From Deltaproteobacteria bacterium (GTDB lineage Bacteria; Desulfobacterota; Desulfobacteria; Desulfobacterales; ETH-SRB1), in assembly GCA_030627405.1 (NCBI GenBank), contig DAOUSD010000002.1, forward strand, positions 1 through 33,017: 33,017 nucleotides of DNA, given 5' to 3'. Position numbers and translations under genes: made by a program. Below, piece by piece: positions 1 through 8,892 of this stretch (positions are counted from its first letter, which is position 1; each line of letters starts with the position of its first letter). The notes beneath the pieces are model-generated. The model saw only the letters and a program-made list of their open reading frames with translations, did not search any database and was not told the origin of the DNA.

Positions 1-19
1 ACAGGTGGTTGCAAAGTAA

Positions 20-218
20 CTGAAGTTTCACCGTTTTTAAATATTATGAACCAAAGCTATTACCATAAAACCTTTATAAAATGTGGTTTTGAAAGAGGTT
101 TTATAGGGTTTTGCTACTGTAGAGGCAAACTCCTATAAAATTAAATCCAATTTGGCCCAAATATCAGTCAATAATGGCATTTACAATATCGGCCTTATAA
201 AAAAACGTGAAACTTCAG
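20..218 (+). mobile_element. MITE-like non-autonomous element (199 bp) with the same terminal inverted repeats as the IS at 27844..29428
   Basis: The left end ctgaagtttcaccgttttt (20..38) and right end aaaaacgtgaaacttcag (201..218) are inverted repeats: 12 bp perfect, a 1-nt indel, then gttttt. Positions 17..38 are identical over 22 nt to 27841..27862, the left end of the transposase-bearing IS. There is no ORF inside. Confidence 0.6.
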
Positions 219-242
219 TTATAAAAAGTTGATGTTATTGAC

Positions 243-1331
243 ATGAAAGCACATAACTTAAAAATATATTTCCAAATACTAACAAATATTGCCTTACGGT
301 CAGTTAGAAAAAGCGGAAAAGTAGTTGGTCTTCCTGCACATCTACAAGTAGAAATTACAAATAAATGTAATTTAAGGTGCTTATCATGCCACCGCGATTT
401 ATTATATCCCAAAACTACAACAATGAGCTTTGAAAATTTTAAAAAGGTGTTTAATGATGTGCGCCCTTCTAAAATAAATGTTAGTGGTTTAGGAGAACCA
501 TTTCTAAACCCTGATGTGTTTAAAATTATTCGTTATGCAAAAAAAGCTGGTTCTGCTGTAAATTGTGCGACTAATTTTACATTAGTTAGGAATAAAATTG
601 AAAAAATATTAGATTCTGGAATTGATCAACTTAAGATATCCATTGACGCAGCTGATAGAGAAACCTTTCATAAGATAAGAAGGAAAGATTTGTATAATGT
701 TTTAATAGAAAATATTCAGAATCTCAACAGTGCAAAAGAAAAACATGGCATTGATAAACCGGACATTCGCTTTAATTTTGCTTTACAGAAAAATAACATA
801 AATGAATTGTTTGATACAATTGAGTTGGCTAAATCGCTTAATGTCAAATCAATGTATATACAATACCTTGTATATATCGATAGAGAAGAAAGAAAAAAAA
901 GCCTAGTGGGCAATCTAACTCCAGGAAAGATAAAAAAAGTCCTTTTAAAGGCCGACAAATTGACTAAATCTTATAAAATAACAACAAATATCAGCATGTG
1001 GAAGCGGGAATTTGATCTGTTTTGGAATAATATGCAACCTTTTGAAAATTTTGTTCCGAATAAAAAACATTGCTATTTCCCATGGTTCAGTTCATGGATT
1101 GATGCGGATGGTACTGTCAGGCCTTGTCCAATTATTCCATGGCAAAAGGATGTGGGCCATATGGGAAATGCATTTAATGAACCCTTCAAAGATATCTGGA
1201 ATAATATCAAATATCAAGAATTTAGAGCAGCTCTTGCAAGAGGTGAAAGGCCAACTGAACCCTGTCGTACCTGCATTCCTCAGAGTTTGTTTAATATTTT
1301 TCAAATTGGAACGAAATTATTGCCAAAGTAA
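243..1331 (+). CDS. Radical SAM enzyme with a partial SPASM/twitch-like C-terminal Cys domain
   Basis: CNLRCLSC (CxxxCxxC) lies near the N-terminus in EITNKCNLRCLSCH. The C-terminus carries C-x12-G-x4-C (CYFPWFSSWIDADGTVRPC) plus CRTC. Confidence 0.85.
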   Translation: MKAHNLKIYFQILTNIALRSVRKSGKVVGLPAHLQVEITNKCNLRCLSCHRDLLYPKTTTMSFENFKKVFNDVRPSKINVSGLGEPFLNPDVFKIIRYAKKAGSAVNCATNFTLVRNKIEKILDSGIDQLKISIDAADRETFHKIRRKDLYNVLIENIQNLNSAKEKHGIDKPDIRFNFALQKNNINELFDTIELAKSLNVKSMYIQYLVYIDREERKKSLVGNLTPGKIKKVLLKADKLTKSYKITTNISMWKREFDLFWNNMQPFENFVPNKKHCYFPWFSSWIDADGTVRPCPIIPWQKDVGHMGNAFNEPFKDIWNNIKYQEFRAALARGERPTEPCRTCIPQSLFNIFQIGTKLLPK

Positions 1332-1340
1332 TATTATCGG

Positions 1341-1368
1341 TAAGCCATAAGCCATAAGCGGTAGGTGA
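1341..1368. repeat. Intergenic heptanucleotide tandem repeat (taagcca x2, taagcgg, taggtga)
   Basis: Direct reading gives taagcca taagcca taagcgg taggtga, immediately after the stop of the radical SAM gene. Confidence 0.6.
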
Positions 1369-1417
1369 GAAGACAAAATTCTTAAAGCTTATAGCAAAAA
1401 CAAAGCGAAATATAATT

Positions 1418-3283
1418 ATGTGCGGTATATGTGGATTTGTAGGAAATTATAGTCGGGATTTGTTAGAAAAAATGACCGATATCATGTCTCATCGTGGCCC
1501 TGATGATCGTGGGTTTTACAAAGATGATGACGTAGGGCTTGGGCATCGCCGATTAAGTATTATTGACTTACAGTCAGGTCATCAGCCCATCTTTAATGAG
1601 AATGATTCTATAGTTTTGATTTATAACGGGGAAACGTATAACTTTTCGACGTTACGTGAAGATCTTCTAAAAAAGGGGCATCAATTTAAAACCCGCACTG
1701 ATTCTGAGGTAATCGTACATCTCTACGAAGAACATGGAGAACGTTGCGTTGATTATCTTCGCGGAATGTTTGCTTTTGCTATTTGGGATAAAAAGAAAAA
1801 GGAACTTTTTTTAGCCCGCGATCGATTTGGTATTAAACCGCTATATTTTACTGAAACCTCGTCAGGTATATTTATTTTCGCTTCAGAGATAAAATCGATT
1901 CTTCAAATTCCAGATGTAAAAAGAGAAATCGATCCTATTGCTGTTGATCAATATTTTACGTTTCGATATGTTCCCGAGAATAGAACGATGTTTAAGAATA
2001 TATATAAACTTGAACCGGGGCATATTTTAATCCGTAAGAATAATAACAATGAAATAAAACAGTATTGGGACATTTCATTTGATAATAAACCCTTTTTTGA
2101 AAAAAATGAAAATGAAGTTGCGCAGCAACTTACTGAATTATTACAAGAGTCAATCAAACTACGATTGATTAGCGATGTACCTTTGGGTGCATACCTTTCT
2201 GGTGGATTAGATTCTAGTTTTATGGTTGCCCTCATGAGCAGGATTTGTTCTGAGCCCCTTGAGACGTTTTCGATAGGGTTTGATGATGAGAAATGGGATG
2301 AGTCTCTCTATTCAGATTTGATTGCAGAAGAATTTCACACGAATCATCACAAGCTACGTGCTGAGTCAAAAGCAATTGAATTAATAGAAAAAGTTATCTG
2401 GCACTTGGATGAGCCAATGGCTGATGCGGCAACAATACCGACTTATATGATGTCAAAGTTAACGCGGGAATATGTGACGGTTGTCTTAAGTGGAGAAGGT
2501 GCGGACGAAATCTTTGCAGGATATGATAAATATAAGGTATTGACATCAGGAAATGCAATAAAATCTGTTGTATTTTCACCTTTTTTCAATCTCTTATCGC
2601 AGATTCCGTATAGAAACATTAAAGCAACACGGTTATGTGAATATTTAGGAAACGTCCATGATATAGCGCGTGCATATATACGTCTGCAGTCGGTATTTTC
2701 TGAAAAAGAAAAGAGTTTCTTGTATTCTGATGAATATAAAAAGACTCTGGGCAATGTTAATAGTTCTGTTGAAATAATACAAAAATATATTACAAAATTT
2801 GATGATGTTTTGAATAATTTGCTTTATGTGGATATTAAAACATGGCTTCCGAATGATGTATTACTAAAGAATGATAAGATGACGATGGCTAATTCGATAG
2901 AAGCACGTGTTCCCTTTTTAGATCATGTTTTTGCTGAGTATTGTGCACATATCCCGGTAAAGATGAAATTGAAGGGTTTAACAGATAAGTATATTCTCAG
3001 AAAAGCAATGCAGTCAGTTGTGCCGGATACTATTATTAAGAGGAAAAAACATGGTTTTACTGTTCCTATTCAAAAATGGATGGCGGGCAGTTTACTTGAT
3101 TATTGTAAAAAGGTTCTCTCAAGAGAAAATATTGAGCGACGGGGTTATCTGAATTATTCCTTTATTGAACCGCTGTTGAACAGGGATCTTGATAACATCT
3201 ACTATCGCCGCCAATTTTGGAGCGTTCTTACCTTTGAACTCTGGTGCCAGATTTTTTTAGATAGACAGTATCCTGCATTATGA
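1418..3283 (+). CDS. asnB: Asparagine synthase (glutamine-hydrolysing) family amidotransferase, of the kind found in exosortase/EPS loci
   Basis: The N-terminal MCGICGF supplies the Cys2 nucleophile. Glutaminase residues HRRLSIID, YNGE and TDSEV are present, as is the PP-loop SGGLDSS. Length is 621 aa. Confidence 0.9.
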   Translation: MCGICGFVGNYSRDLLEKMTDIMSHRGPDDRGFYKDDDVGLGHRRLSIIDLQSGHQPIFNENDSIVLIYNGETYNFSTLREDLLKKGHQFKTRTDSEVIVHLYEEHGERCVDYLRGMFAFAIWDKKKKELFLARDRFGIKPLYFTETSSGIFIFASEIKSILQIPDVKREIDPIAVDQYFTFRYVPENRTMFKNIYKLEPGHILIRKNNNNEIKQYWDISFDNKPFFEKNENEVAQQLTELLQESIKLRLISDVPLGAYLSGGLDSSFMVALMSRICSEPLETFSIGFDDEKWDESLYSDLIAEEFHTNHHKLRAESKAIELIEKVIWHLDEPMADAATIPTYMMSKLTREYVTVVLSGEGADEIFAGYDKYKVLTSGNAIKSVVFSPFFNLLSQIPYRNIKATRLCEYLGNVHDIARAYIRLQSVFSEKEKSFLYSDEYKKTLGNVNSSVEIIQKYITKFDDVLNNLLYVDIKTWLPNDVLLKNDKMTMANSIEARVPFLDHVFAEYCAHIPVKMKLKGLTDKYILRKAMQSVVPDTIIKRKKHGFTVPIQKWMAGSLLDYCKKVLSRENIERRGYLNYSFIEPLLNRDLDNIYYRRQFWSVLTFELWCQIFLDRQYPAL

Positions 3284-3593
3284 ATTTATTTGAAATGATC
3301 TAATTATGCCAAGAGATCAGTCCGATGCGGATGATAACGATGTTGATACTGCAATTCCAACCCGAGACTTTTTATTGCGCACCCTGCCAAAAATTATTGG
3401 TCAATGGCCACCTGTGCCCTTTTTAGGAAAAATTCAAAGATCCTTTGGAATTACCAAACGGACAGGCAGGCAGGATTTAATTATGAACAAAAACAAAGCC
3501 AATTATCCGACAGGATTAGCTGGATAGTATAGGAATTTCCTTTTATGTTCGGCTCTTCTCTCAAAGAGGGATTAAGGCTTTTGCCTTTCTTAA

Positions 3594-3642
3594 CGCCATG
3601 CGCCATGCGCTCTGCACCTTACACTATGCTCTATGCGCCACA
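3594..3642. repeat. Degenerate heptanucleotide tandem array (7 units, cgccatg-like)
   Basis: The array reads cgccatg cgccatg cgctctg cacctta cactatg ctctatg cgccaca, directly upstream of the Rpn gene. The ORF-track start at 3598 lies inside this repeat. Confidence 0.65.
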
Positions 3643-3657
3643 AAGGAACTCGGACAA

Positions 3658-4668
3658 ATGACAGAAATATCCAATCCTCATGACCGGTTTTTCAAAGACG
3701 TGCTTTCGCGCAGAGAGGCTGCACGGGATTTTGTGCTTCACTACCTGCCAGCGGAGGTGGCAAAGCTTTTGGATGTTGAATCGCTGGTGGTAAGCAAAGA
3801 TTCTTTTGTGGATAAAGAGCTAAGAGAGCATTTTTCAGATATCATTTATCAGGTTGACCTAAAGCAGGGAGATTCTGCTTATATTTATCTGCTCTTTGAG
3901 CATAAGAGCTATTCAGATCCTCTGATTGCCTTGCATCTTTTGCGTTACATGATAAAAATATGGGAACAGGGTGTCAAACAGGGCAAAGCAAGGCCGTTTT
4001 CACCGATTATTCCCATTGTGGTCTATCATGGAAAGTCAAAATGGAAGGCCGGTCCTGATTTTTATGCGCTTTTTGATCTTCCCGACGGATTACAGGCATA
4101 TATGCCCAATTTTCGTTATCTCCTTTGTGATCTTTCGCACCGCAGCGATGAAGAACTCAAAGGTACTGTTATTTTGAGAGCCGCGTTTTTGCTGTTGAAA
4201 CATATTTTTTCGGATGATCTGAGTGACCGGCTGCCGGAAATTTTGAGTCTTTTAAAGCGCCTTTCGGACAAACAAAGCGGTCTTGAATACCTGGAAACCA
4301 TTTTGAAATATCTGGCCTCAGGCACGGACAAGGTAGGAGCCAAAGAGCTTAAAAAACTTGTTACGAAAATTTTCGAAGATAAAGGAGAAGATATCATGCC
4401 TACATTAGCTGAGCAATGGACTCAACAGGGAATTCAGCAGGGAATTCAGCAGGGAATTCAGCAGGGAATTCAGCAGGGAAAGCTTCAAAGTGTGCGTGAG
4501 AGCGTCCTTGAAAGCCTTGAAGCCAGGTTTGAGGTTGTCCCGCGGTCTGTTGTCAAGAAAATTGATCAAATCGAAGAATTGTCTTTGTTGAAGATTCTCC
4601 ACAAAAAAAGTGTTGTTGTTGACTCTCTGGAGCAATTCAAAGAGATTATGGCAAGGCTTATGGAGTAG
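3658..4668 (+). CDS. Rpn family recombination-promoting nuclease / putative transposase (Transposase_31, PD-(D/E)XK) with a DUF4351-like tail
   Basis: The N-terminus MTEISNPHDRFFKDVLSRREAARDFVLHYLP is the typical Rpn/YhgA start. The C-terminus has a QQGIQQGI repeat followed by a helical tail. The start was moved to ATG 3658 because 3598..3657 translates the heptamer repeat. Confidence 0.8.
   Translation: MTEISNPHDRFFKDVLSRREAARDFVLHYLPAEVAKLLDVESLVVSKDSFVDKELREHFSDIIYQVDLKQGDSAYIYLLFEHKSYSDPLIALHLLRYMIKIWEQGVKQGKARPFSPIIPIVVYHGKSKWKAGPDFYALFDLPDGLQAYMPNFRYLLCDLSHRSDEELKGTVILRAAFLLLKHIFSDDLSDRLPEILSLLKRLSDKQSGLEYLETILKYLASGTDKVGAKELKKLVTKIFEDKGEDIMPTLAEQWTQQGIQQGIQQGIQQGIQQGKLQSVRESVLESLEARFEVVPRSVVKKIDQIEELSLLKILHKKSVVVDSLEQFKEIMARLME
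4426..4481 (+). repeat. 12-bp in-frame tandem repeat cagggaattcag (4 perfect units plus a partial) encoding (QGIQ)n
   Basis: Direct reading. Each unit carries a gaattc site. The repeat lies within the Rpn CDS. Confidence 0.9.
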
Positions 4669-4737
4669 AAAAATCAACAAAGCCGTCGTACTGCTTTGAA
4701 AATTAAGTAGTTTTCTTTCCGCACCTATGAGCTTTTT

Positions 4738-4786
4738 TCCCTGCTCCCTGCTCCCTGCGCTTTTCGTTCTGCGCTTTGTGGTCTTG
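4738..4786. repeat. Heptanucleotide tandem array (tccctgc x3, then degenerate units)
   Basis: The array reads tccctgc tccctgc tccctgc gcttttc gttctgc gctttgt ggtcttg, about 70 bp downstream of the Rpn stop. Confidence 0.65.
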
Positions 4787-4864
4787 TGCTAAATTCATTT
4801 AACCGTACTTTGCAACCAATGCGCACGCTCCTCGCCTGAGAGGTTAAAACATAGTTTTCCCGAC

Positions 4865-5077
4865 ATGATTAACTCGATTAACAAGATAAGCTTCATGAAA
4901 AATCGAATCTACAGATCTTTAGTACTTCTCATCTTAATAGTCATTTTGGGTGGTTTTTTGCGATTTTATCATTTAGGAAATCTTCCTATTGAAGGCGACA
5001 ATAGCTTTCATGCACTTTCCGCCAAGGGAATTTTAGAATATGGCGTCCCTAATTGGCTCATTATAGACCATGTCTGA
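4865..5077 (+). pseudogene. 5' fragment of a GT-C fold (ArnT/PMT_2-like) membrane glycosyltransferase gene
   Basis: The 70-aa ORF (LVLLILIVILGGFLRFYHLGNLPIEGDNSFHALSAKGILEYGVPNW) resembles only the first TM segment and loop of ArnT/GT39-like proteins, then terminates. It parallels the N-terminus of the next gene (LRFIHLG). Confidence 0.45.
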
Positions 5078-5191
5078 GCCCTGGGATGAGTATCGGGCAA
5101 AGGTGGCTTGAAGCTGAAATGCGAAAATGGGAAGAGTTATTTTTGAGCGAACCCTCAGTACCCCTGAACTACGAATGATGGAGATGATCGA

Positions 5192-6883
5192 ATGTCTGAA
5201 TATAGCCGATTACTATCAACTTTACTACCCAATACACTTTCATTAAGACCTCGCACAAAAAACTTGTTGATATTTGGAGTGATCCTGGGACTTTGCGCCT
5301 TACGTTTCATACATTTGGGTGCTGATACGCCAATAGGAGTCTCTAATAATATAGGTTTATATGTAGATGAAGGATATAAAACACTTGATCCTCGCAATCT
5401 GGTGCTTTTTGGAAGCGAAAAATGGCATCCTGACGATGATTATCCTGGTTGGATTAAAAATAGCCCGCTCACACAATGGCCATATTACTTTGCTTTCCAG
5501 ACATTTGGAGTAAATATAGAAAGTGCCCGCCTTGTCACGATCTTATCGTTTTTTATCCTGCTGTGCGGATATGCTTATACGATGGCCAATCGTTATAGCG
5601 CAAAGTTATTGTTTGTTGGTCTATGCGTTTTGGGACTGCAAAATACTATCTTTTTCTTCTCCCGGGTCGCACTGTTTGAAGTTCCCATCATTACATTTGT
5701 TTATTTAATATTATTTCTTTTCATTAAGATAGAGCATTCTCCACTTGTTGCCAAATTAGCTGTCCTTTTATTAGGCGCGATCCTTTCGGTATGTTGCATT
5801 AAAGCCTCTGCAATGATTTATTTATTCCCTGTAATTATAACTACAATACTTGCCTCAGCCTTTAAGTGTACTTTTTTTCAAAAGAAAATCACTTTCTGTT
5901 GGGTTTCGCTATCCTTCATATGTTTAATCTTGTTATTAGCTATTTTTTTTTACGATAGGTACGAATCCAGAATTTCATTTTCTTTTATAATAAAACGTGT
6001 ACTAATTTACCGCGCAATAGATTCCGCCCCTTGTATAGTTATTATGGGGCTGTTTTGTGCTTGCCAAGGTTTACTATCTCGTCCAAAAGCATATTTGAAT
6101 GACAATTACAGTGCAGGCCTATTGGGTATTGTCGTATTATGTCCCATTCTATTGGCATTTTTTTCATATAACCCTTTGCGATATTATGTCCCTATTTTGC
6201 CTGCATATATACTACTATTCCTTGAATGGTTCCATCAAAAAACATGGAACCACACTGTTGCTAAACGATTGTCACCGTTATATTCCACGGCAATATTCAT
6301 TATTCTGATTCCTCTCGTTTTCTATATTGCTCATTCTCTTAACAAGCATATTTTAACTTTGCTGCCCGTAAAGATAGGAGATGAGCCTGGTATCTCAGAT
6401 TCTTCTATGCTTGAACTCTTGACTCCCGTAGCGGTTTTTTTGTCAGCATTAATCTATTGCACACGACGATATATCTTTTCAACAAACATAATTGTTGCAA
6501 GTTGCATTCTAATGTTTGTTTTATGTTTTTTTTACAACGCTACTTTGTTAAGCCGTTTTTTCTTATACCCGTCTTATCAGTCTCAGAATATTCAAACGGA
6601 AATTGAAAATATTGTGCCACCAGAAGCTATAATAGCAGGCGATTGGGCTCCATTTTTTCTTCTCAGTACGAAAATCAAGTCATTATATATGAATACTAAG
6701 TTTAATCGAGATACAATAATGTCCATTCGCCCCAATTATCTGCTTTATAGTGATAATAGGAATTCCTTTCTAAACATGCAAGCCATTAGCGAGCTAAATG
6801 ACGTAACCTTGGGTACTCCTCTGTATGAATCATACTATAACGCCAAAGGTGTGATACTATATCCAATCATATATAATAAGTAG
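5192..6883 (+). CDS. Polytopic membrane protein, putative GT-C fold glycosyltransferase (ArnT/PMT_2-like)
   Basis: The 563-aa protein has many hydrophobic segments. The N-terminal region LRFIHLGADTPIGVSNNIGLYVDEGY resembles the first loop of GT-C enzymes. It sits within the polysaccharide locus. Confidence 0.5.
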   Translation: MSEYSRLLSTLLPNTLSLRPRTKNLLIFGVILGLCALRFIHLGADTPIGVSNNIGLYVDEGYKTLDPRNLVLFGSEKWHPDDDYPGWIKNSPLTQWPYYFAFQTFGVNIESARLVTILSFFILLCGYAYTMANRYSAKLLFVGLCVLGLQNTIFFFSRVALFEVPIITFVYLILFLFIKIEHSPLVAKLAVLLLGAILSVCCIKASAMIYLFPVIITTILASAFKCTFFQKKITFCWVSLSFICLILLLAIFFYDRYESRISFSFIIKRVLIYRAIDSAPCIVIMGLFCACQGLLSRPKAYLNDNYSAGLLGIVVLCPILLAFFSYNPLRYYVPILPAYILLFLEWFHQKTWNHTVAKRLSPLYSTAIFIILIPLVFYIAHSLNKHILTLLPVKIGDEPGISDSSMLELLTPVAVFLSALIYCTRRYIFSTNIIVASCILMFVLCFFYNATLLSRFFLYPSYQSQNIQTEIENIVPPEAIIAGDWAPFFLLSTKIKSLYMNTKFNRDTIMSIRPNYLLYSDNRNSFLNMQAISELNDVTLGTPLYESYYNAKGVILYPIIYNK

Positions 6884-7056
6884 CGTATATGTTGAGAGCA
6901 GTTTCCCTCACGCTATGATGCTATGTTTACCAGAAGAATCAGTTGTCCTGGTTTTTGAATTTTGGAACCCGTTCCTTGCATCAACCGTGATGAGTTATGC
7001 GCTTTGCTAAAGGCAAGGTTTGAACTACTACCTGAGAGGCCGAGCGGTCCACTGGA

Positions 7057-8034
7057 ATGAATAGGAATATCGAAAAAAATAAAGTGAGCGTTATTATTCC
7101 GACTTATAATAGAGCGGAGTTTCTTGGGGGGGCGGTGAGGAGTGTAATCAAGCAAGAATATGACAATATAGAAATAATCATAGTTGACGACATGTCCACG
7201 GATAACACAGAATCAGTAGTTGAATCCCTAATGACAATATTTCCTTCTATTGTGTATTGTGAAAATGATCACAATAAAGGTCCATCAGGAGCAAGAAATA
7301 CTGGAATCATCAAGTCATCAGGAGAATATATAGCCTTTTTAGATTCTGACGATATTTGGTTGGAAGGTCATTTGACCAACGGATTGAAAGTTTTTGACAA
7401 GAATCCTGAGATAGATGTTATTTTTGGAAACTTTAGCGTTGTTGATCTTCATAATGATAAGCACAGATATAATTTTTTTGATCAAAAAAAAATATTATTT
7501 ACCCTTAACTCCGTGCAGATTGCACCCAACATTAGAATATTGCAGGACAATCTATTTGAAGCTTTAATACAGGAAAATTTTTTTCATTTTGGAAGTTCAA
7601 TTATCAGGAAGTCATCCACTAATGGAGTCCTTTTAGATGAATCTATCATGTTTGCTGAAGACCGCGATTTTGCAATAAGACTTTACAAGGAAGTAAACGC
7701 TACATTTGCGTATTGTGAAGATCCTGTATTTATATTGTATAGGCATAATTCAAACCTGATTAAATACAGTGAGTTAAATAACAGCCAACAGGTCATAGAA
7801 GCACATTTATATTTATTTACAAAATATTTAAGGAGCTATGACCTCTCACATTCAGAAAAAAGAACCTTAACCAACCTCATTTCCAAAAGGCTTTTAAGCC
7901 TTTCCTACGTTTATAGAATGAAAAAAGAACATCATAATGCTTTTTCATGTGTCATAAAAAGTTTTAAATATAGCCTCTCATTAAATCAGTTTAAAGAATT
8001 AACTAAGGTTTTAATCACACGGGGAATTCGCTAA
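7057..8034 (+). CDS. Glycosyltransferase family 2
   Basis: Motifs seen are VSVIIPTYNRAEFL, IIVDDMSTDNT and FLDSDD (DxD). Confidence 0.85.
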   Translation: MNRNIEKNKVSVIIPTYNRAEFLGGAVRSVIKQEYDNIEIIIVDDMSTDNTESVVESLMTIFPSIVYCENDHNKGPSGARNTGIIKSSGEYIAFLDSDDIWLEGHLTNGLKVFDKNPEIDVIFGNFSVVDLHNDKHRYNFFDQKKILFTLNSVQIAPNIRILQDNLFEALIQENFFHFGSSIIRKSSTNGVLLDESIMFAEDRDFAIRLYKEVNATFAYCEDPVFILYRHNSNLIKYSELNNSQQVIEAHLYLFTKYLRSYDLSHSEKRTLTNLISKRLLSLSYVYRMKKEHHNAFSCVIKSFKYSLSLNQFKELTKVLITRGIR

Positions 8035-8052
8035 ATTTAGCGGTTTAGAACG

Positions 8053-8892
8053 ATGGCAAATAGAAAGCCTATCTTATTGATGACATCTCTATTTTTTTCT
8101 TTTGTTTTTGCATACTTCCCGGTATGGGAAAGACTCATATTGGGTTGGTACAGCTCTGATGAATATTCTCACGGATTTTTTATCGTTCCTCTTTGTATTT
8201 ACATAATCTGGCGAAAGAAAGAGATCTTGACTGAAATTCCAGTCAAGCCATCCTGGTGGGGCCTATCGTTGGTTATATTCTCATTATTTCTTTACTTATT
8301 TGCTTATTTTGCTGAAATATCAACCATTGCGTCTTTTTCCATGGTTGTATTATTAGCAGGAGTTATCATCTATTTATATGGTTTTTTAATTTTCAAGGAA
8401 TTACTTTTTCCATTGTTTTTTCTCCTTTTCATGATTCCCATACCCGCCCAGATATATTCTTCTCTGACAATACCTTTGCAGCTTTTTGTGACCAAGGTTA
8501 GTGTCTGGTTAGGTTCAACTATTGGTATCCCGATTTATCGGGAAGGCAACGTCATCCATCTTCCGGATCGAACTATGCAGGTTGTTCAGGCATGTAGCGG
8601 CCTTAGATCTATGATATCACTTTTAATGCTGGGTGCTATTTTTGGATATTTGAGCCTTAAATCCAATATGTTAAGATTTGCCTTGTTTCTTTCAGGAATA
8701 CCGGCTGCAATTTTTGTCAATATTATCAGGGTATCTTTGATGGTATTTGCTTTTTATTTTTTTAATTATGACCTTACAAAAGATTCTGTTCACACAGTAT
8801 TTGGAATTATTATTTTCTTCATAGCTTTGATTATTATAGTTCTCACAAAAGGAGTGCTATCCATTTGGGACAAATCAGCCACAGAAAAATAA
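8053..8892 (+). CDS. Exosortase (EpsH/Xrt family transpeptidase)
   Basis: The 279-aa polytopic protein carries SHGFFIVP, the catalytic-Cys motif QACSGLRS and the conserved Arg in NIIRV. Confidence 0.85.
   Translation: MANRKPILLMTSLFFSFVFAYFPVWERLILGWYSSDEYSHGFFIVPLCIYIIWRKKEILTEIPVKPSWWGLSLVIFSLFLYLFAYFAEISTIASFSMVVLLAGVIIYLYGFLIFKELLFPLFFLLFMIPIPAQIYSSLTIPLQLFVTKVSVWLGSTIGIPIYREGNVIHLPDRTMQVVQACSGLRSMISLLMLGAIFGYLSLKSNMLRFALFLSGIPAAIFVNIIRVSLMVFAFYFFNYDLTKDSVHTVFGIIIFFIALIIIVLTKGVLSIWDKSATEK

Noticed and set aside
3306-3527. 73-aa plus-strand ORF between asnB and the Rpn gene
   Set aside because: It has no recognisable domain, no convincing RBS and a low-complexity tail. It lies in what looks like insertion-associated filler, so it is not reported as a gene.
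1341-4786. Possibility that the 7-mer or 9-mer tandem arrays are CRISPR arrays
   Set aside because: The units are contiguous, with no unique spacers, and are only 7-12 bp long. They are microsatellite-like repeats, not CRISPR.
4835-7039. Shared cctgagagg motif 18-22 nt upstream of the starts at 4865 and 7057
   Set aside because: There are only two 9-nt occurrences, and they are too far from the ATGs to act as a Shine-Dalgarno sequence. Chance or a repeat remnant cannot be separated without genome-wide counts.
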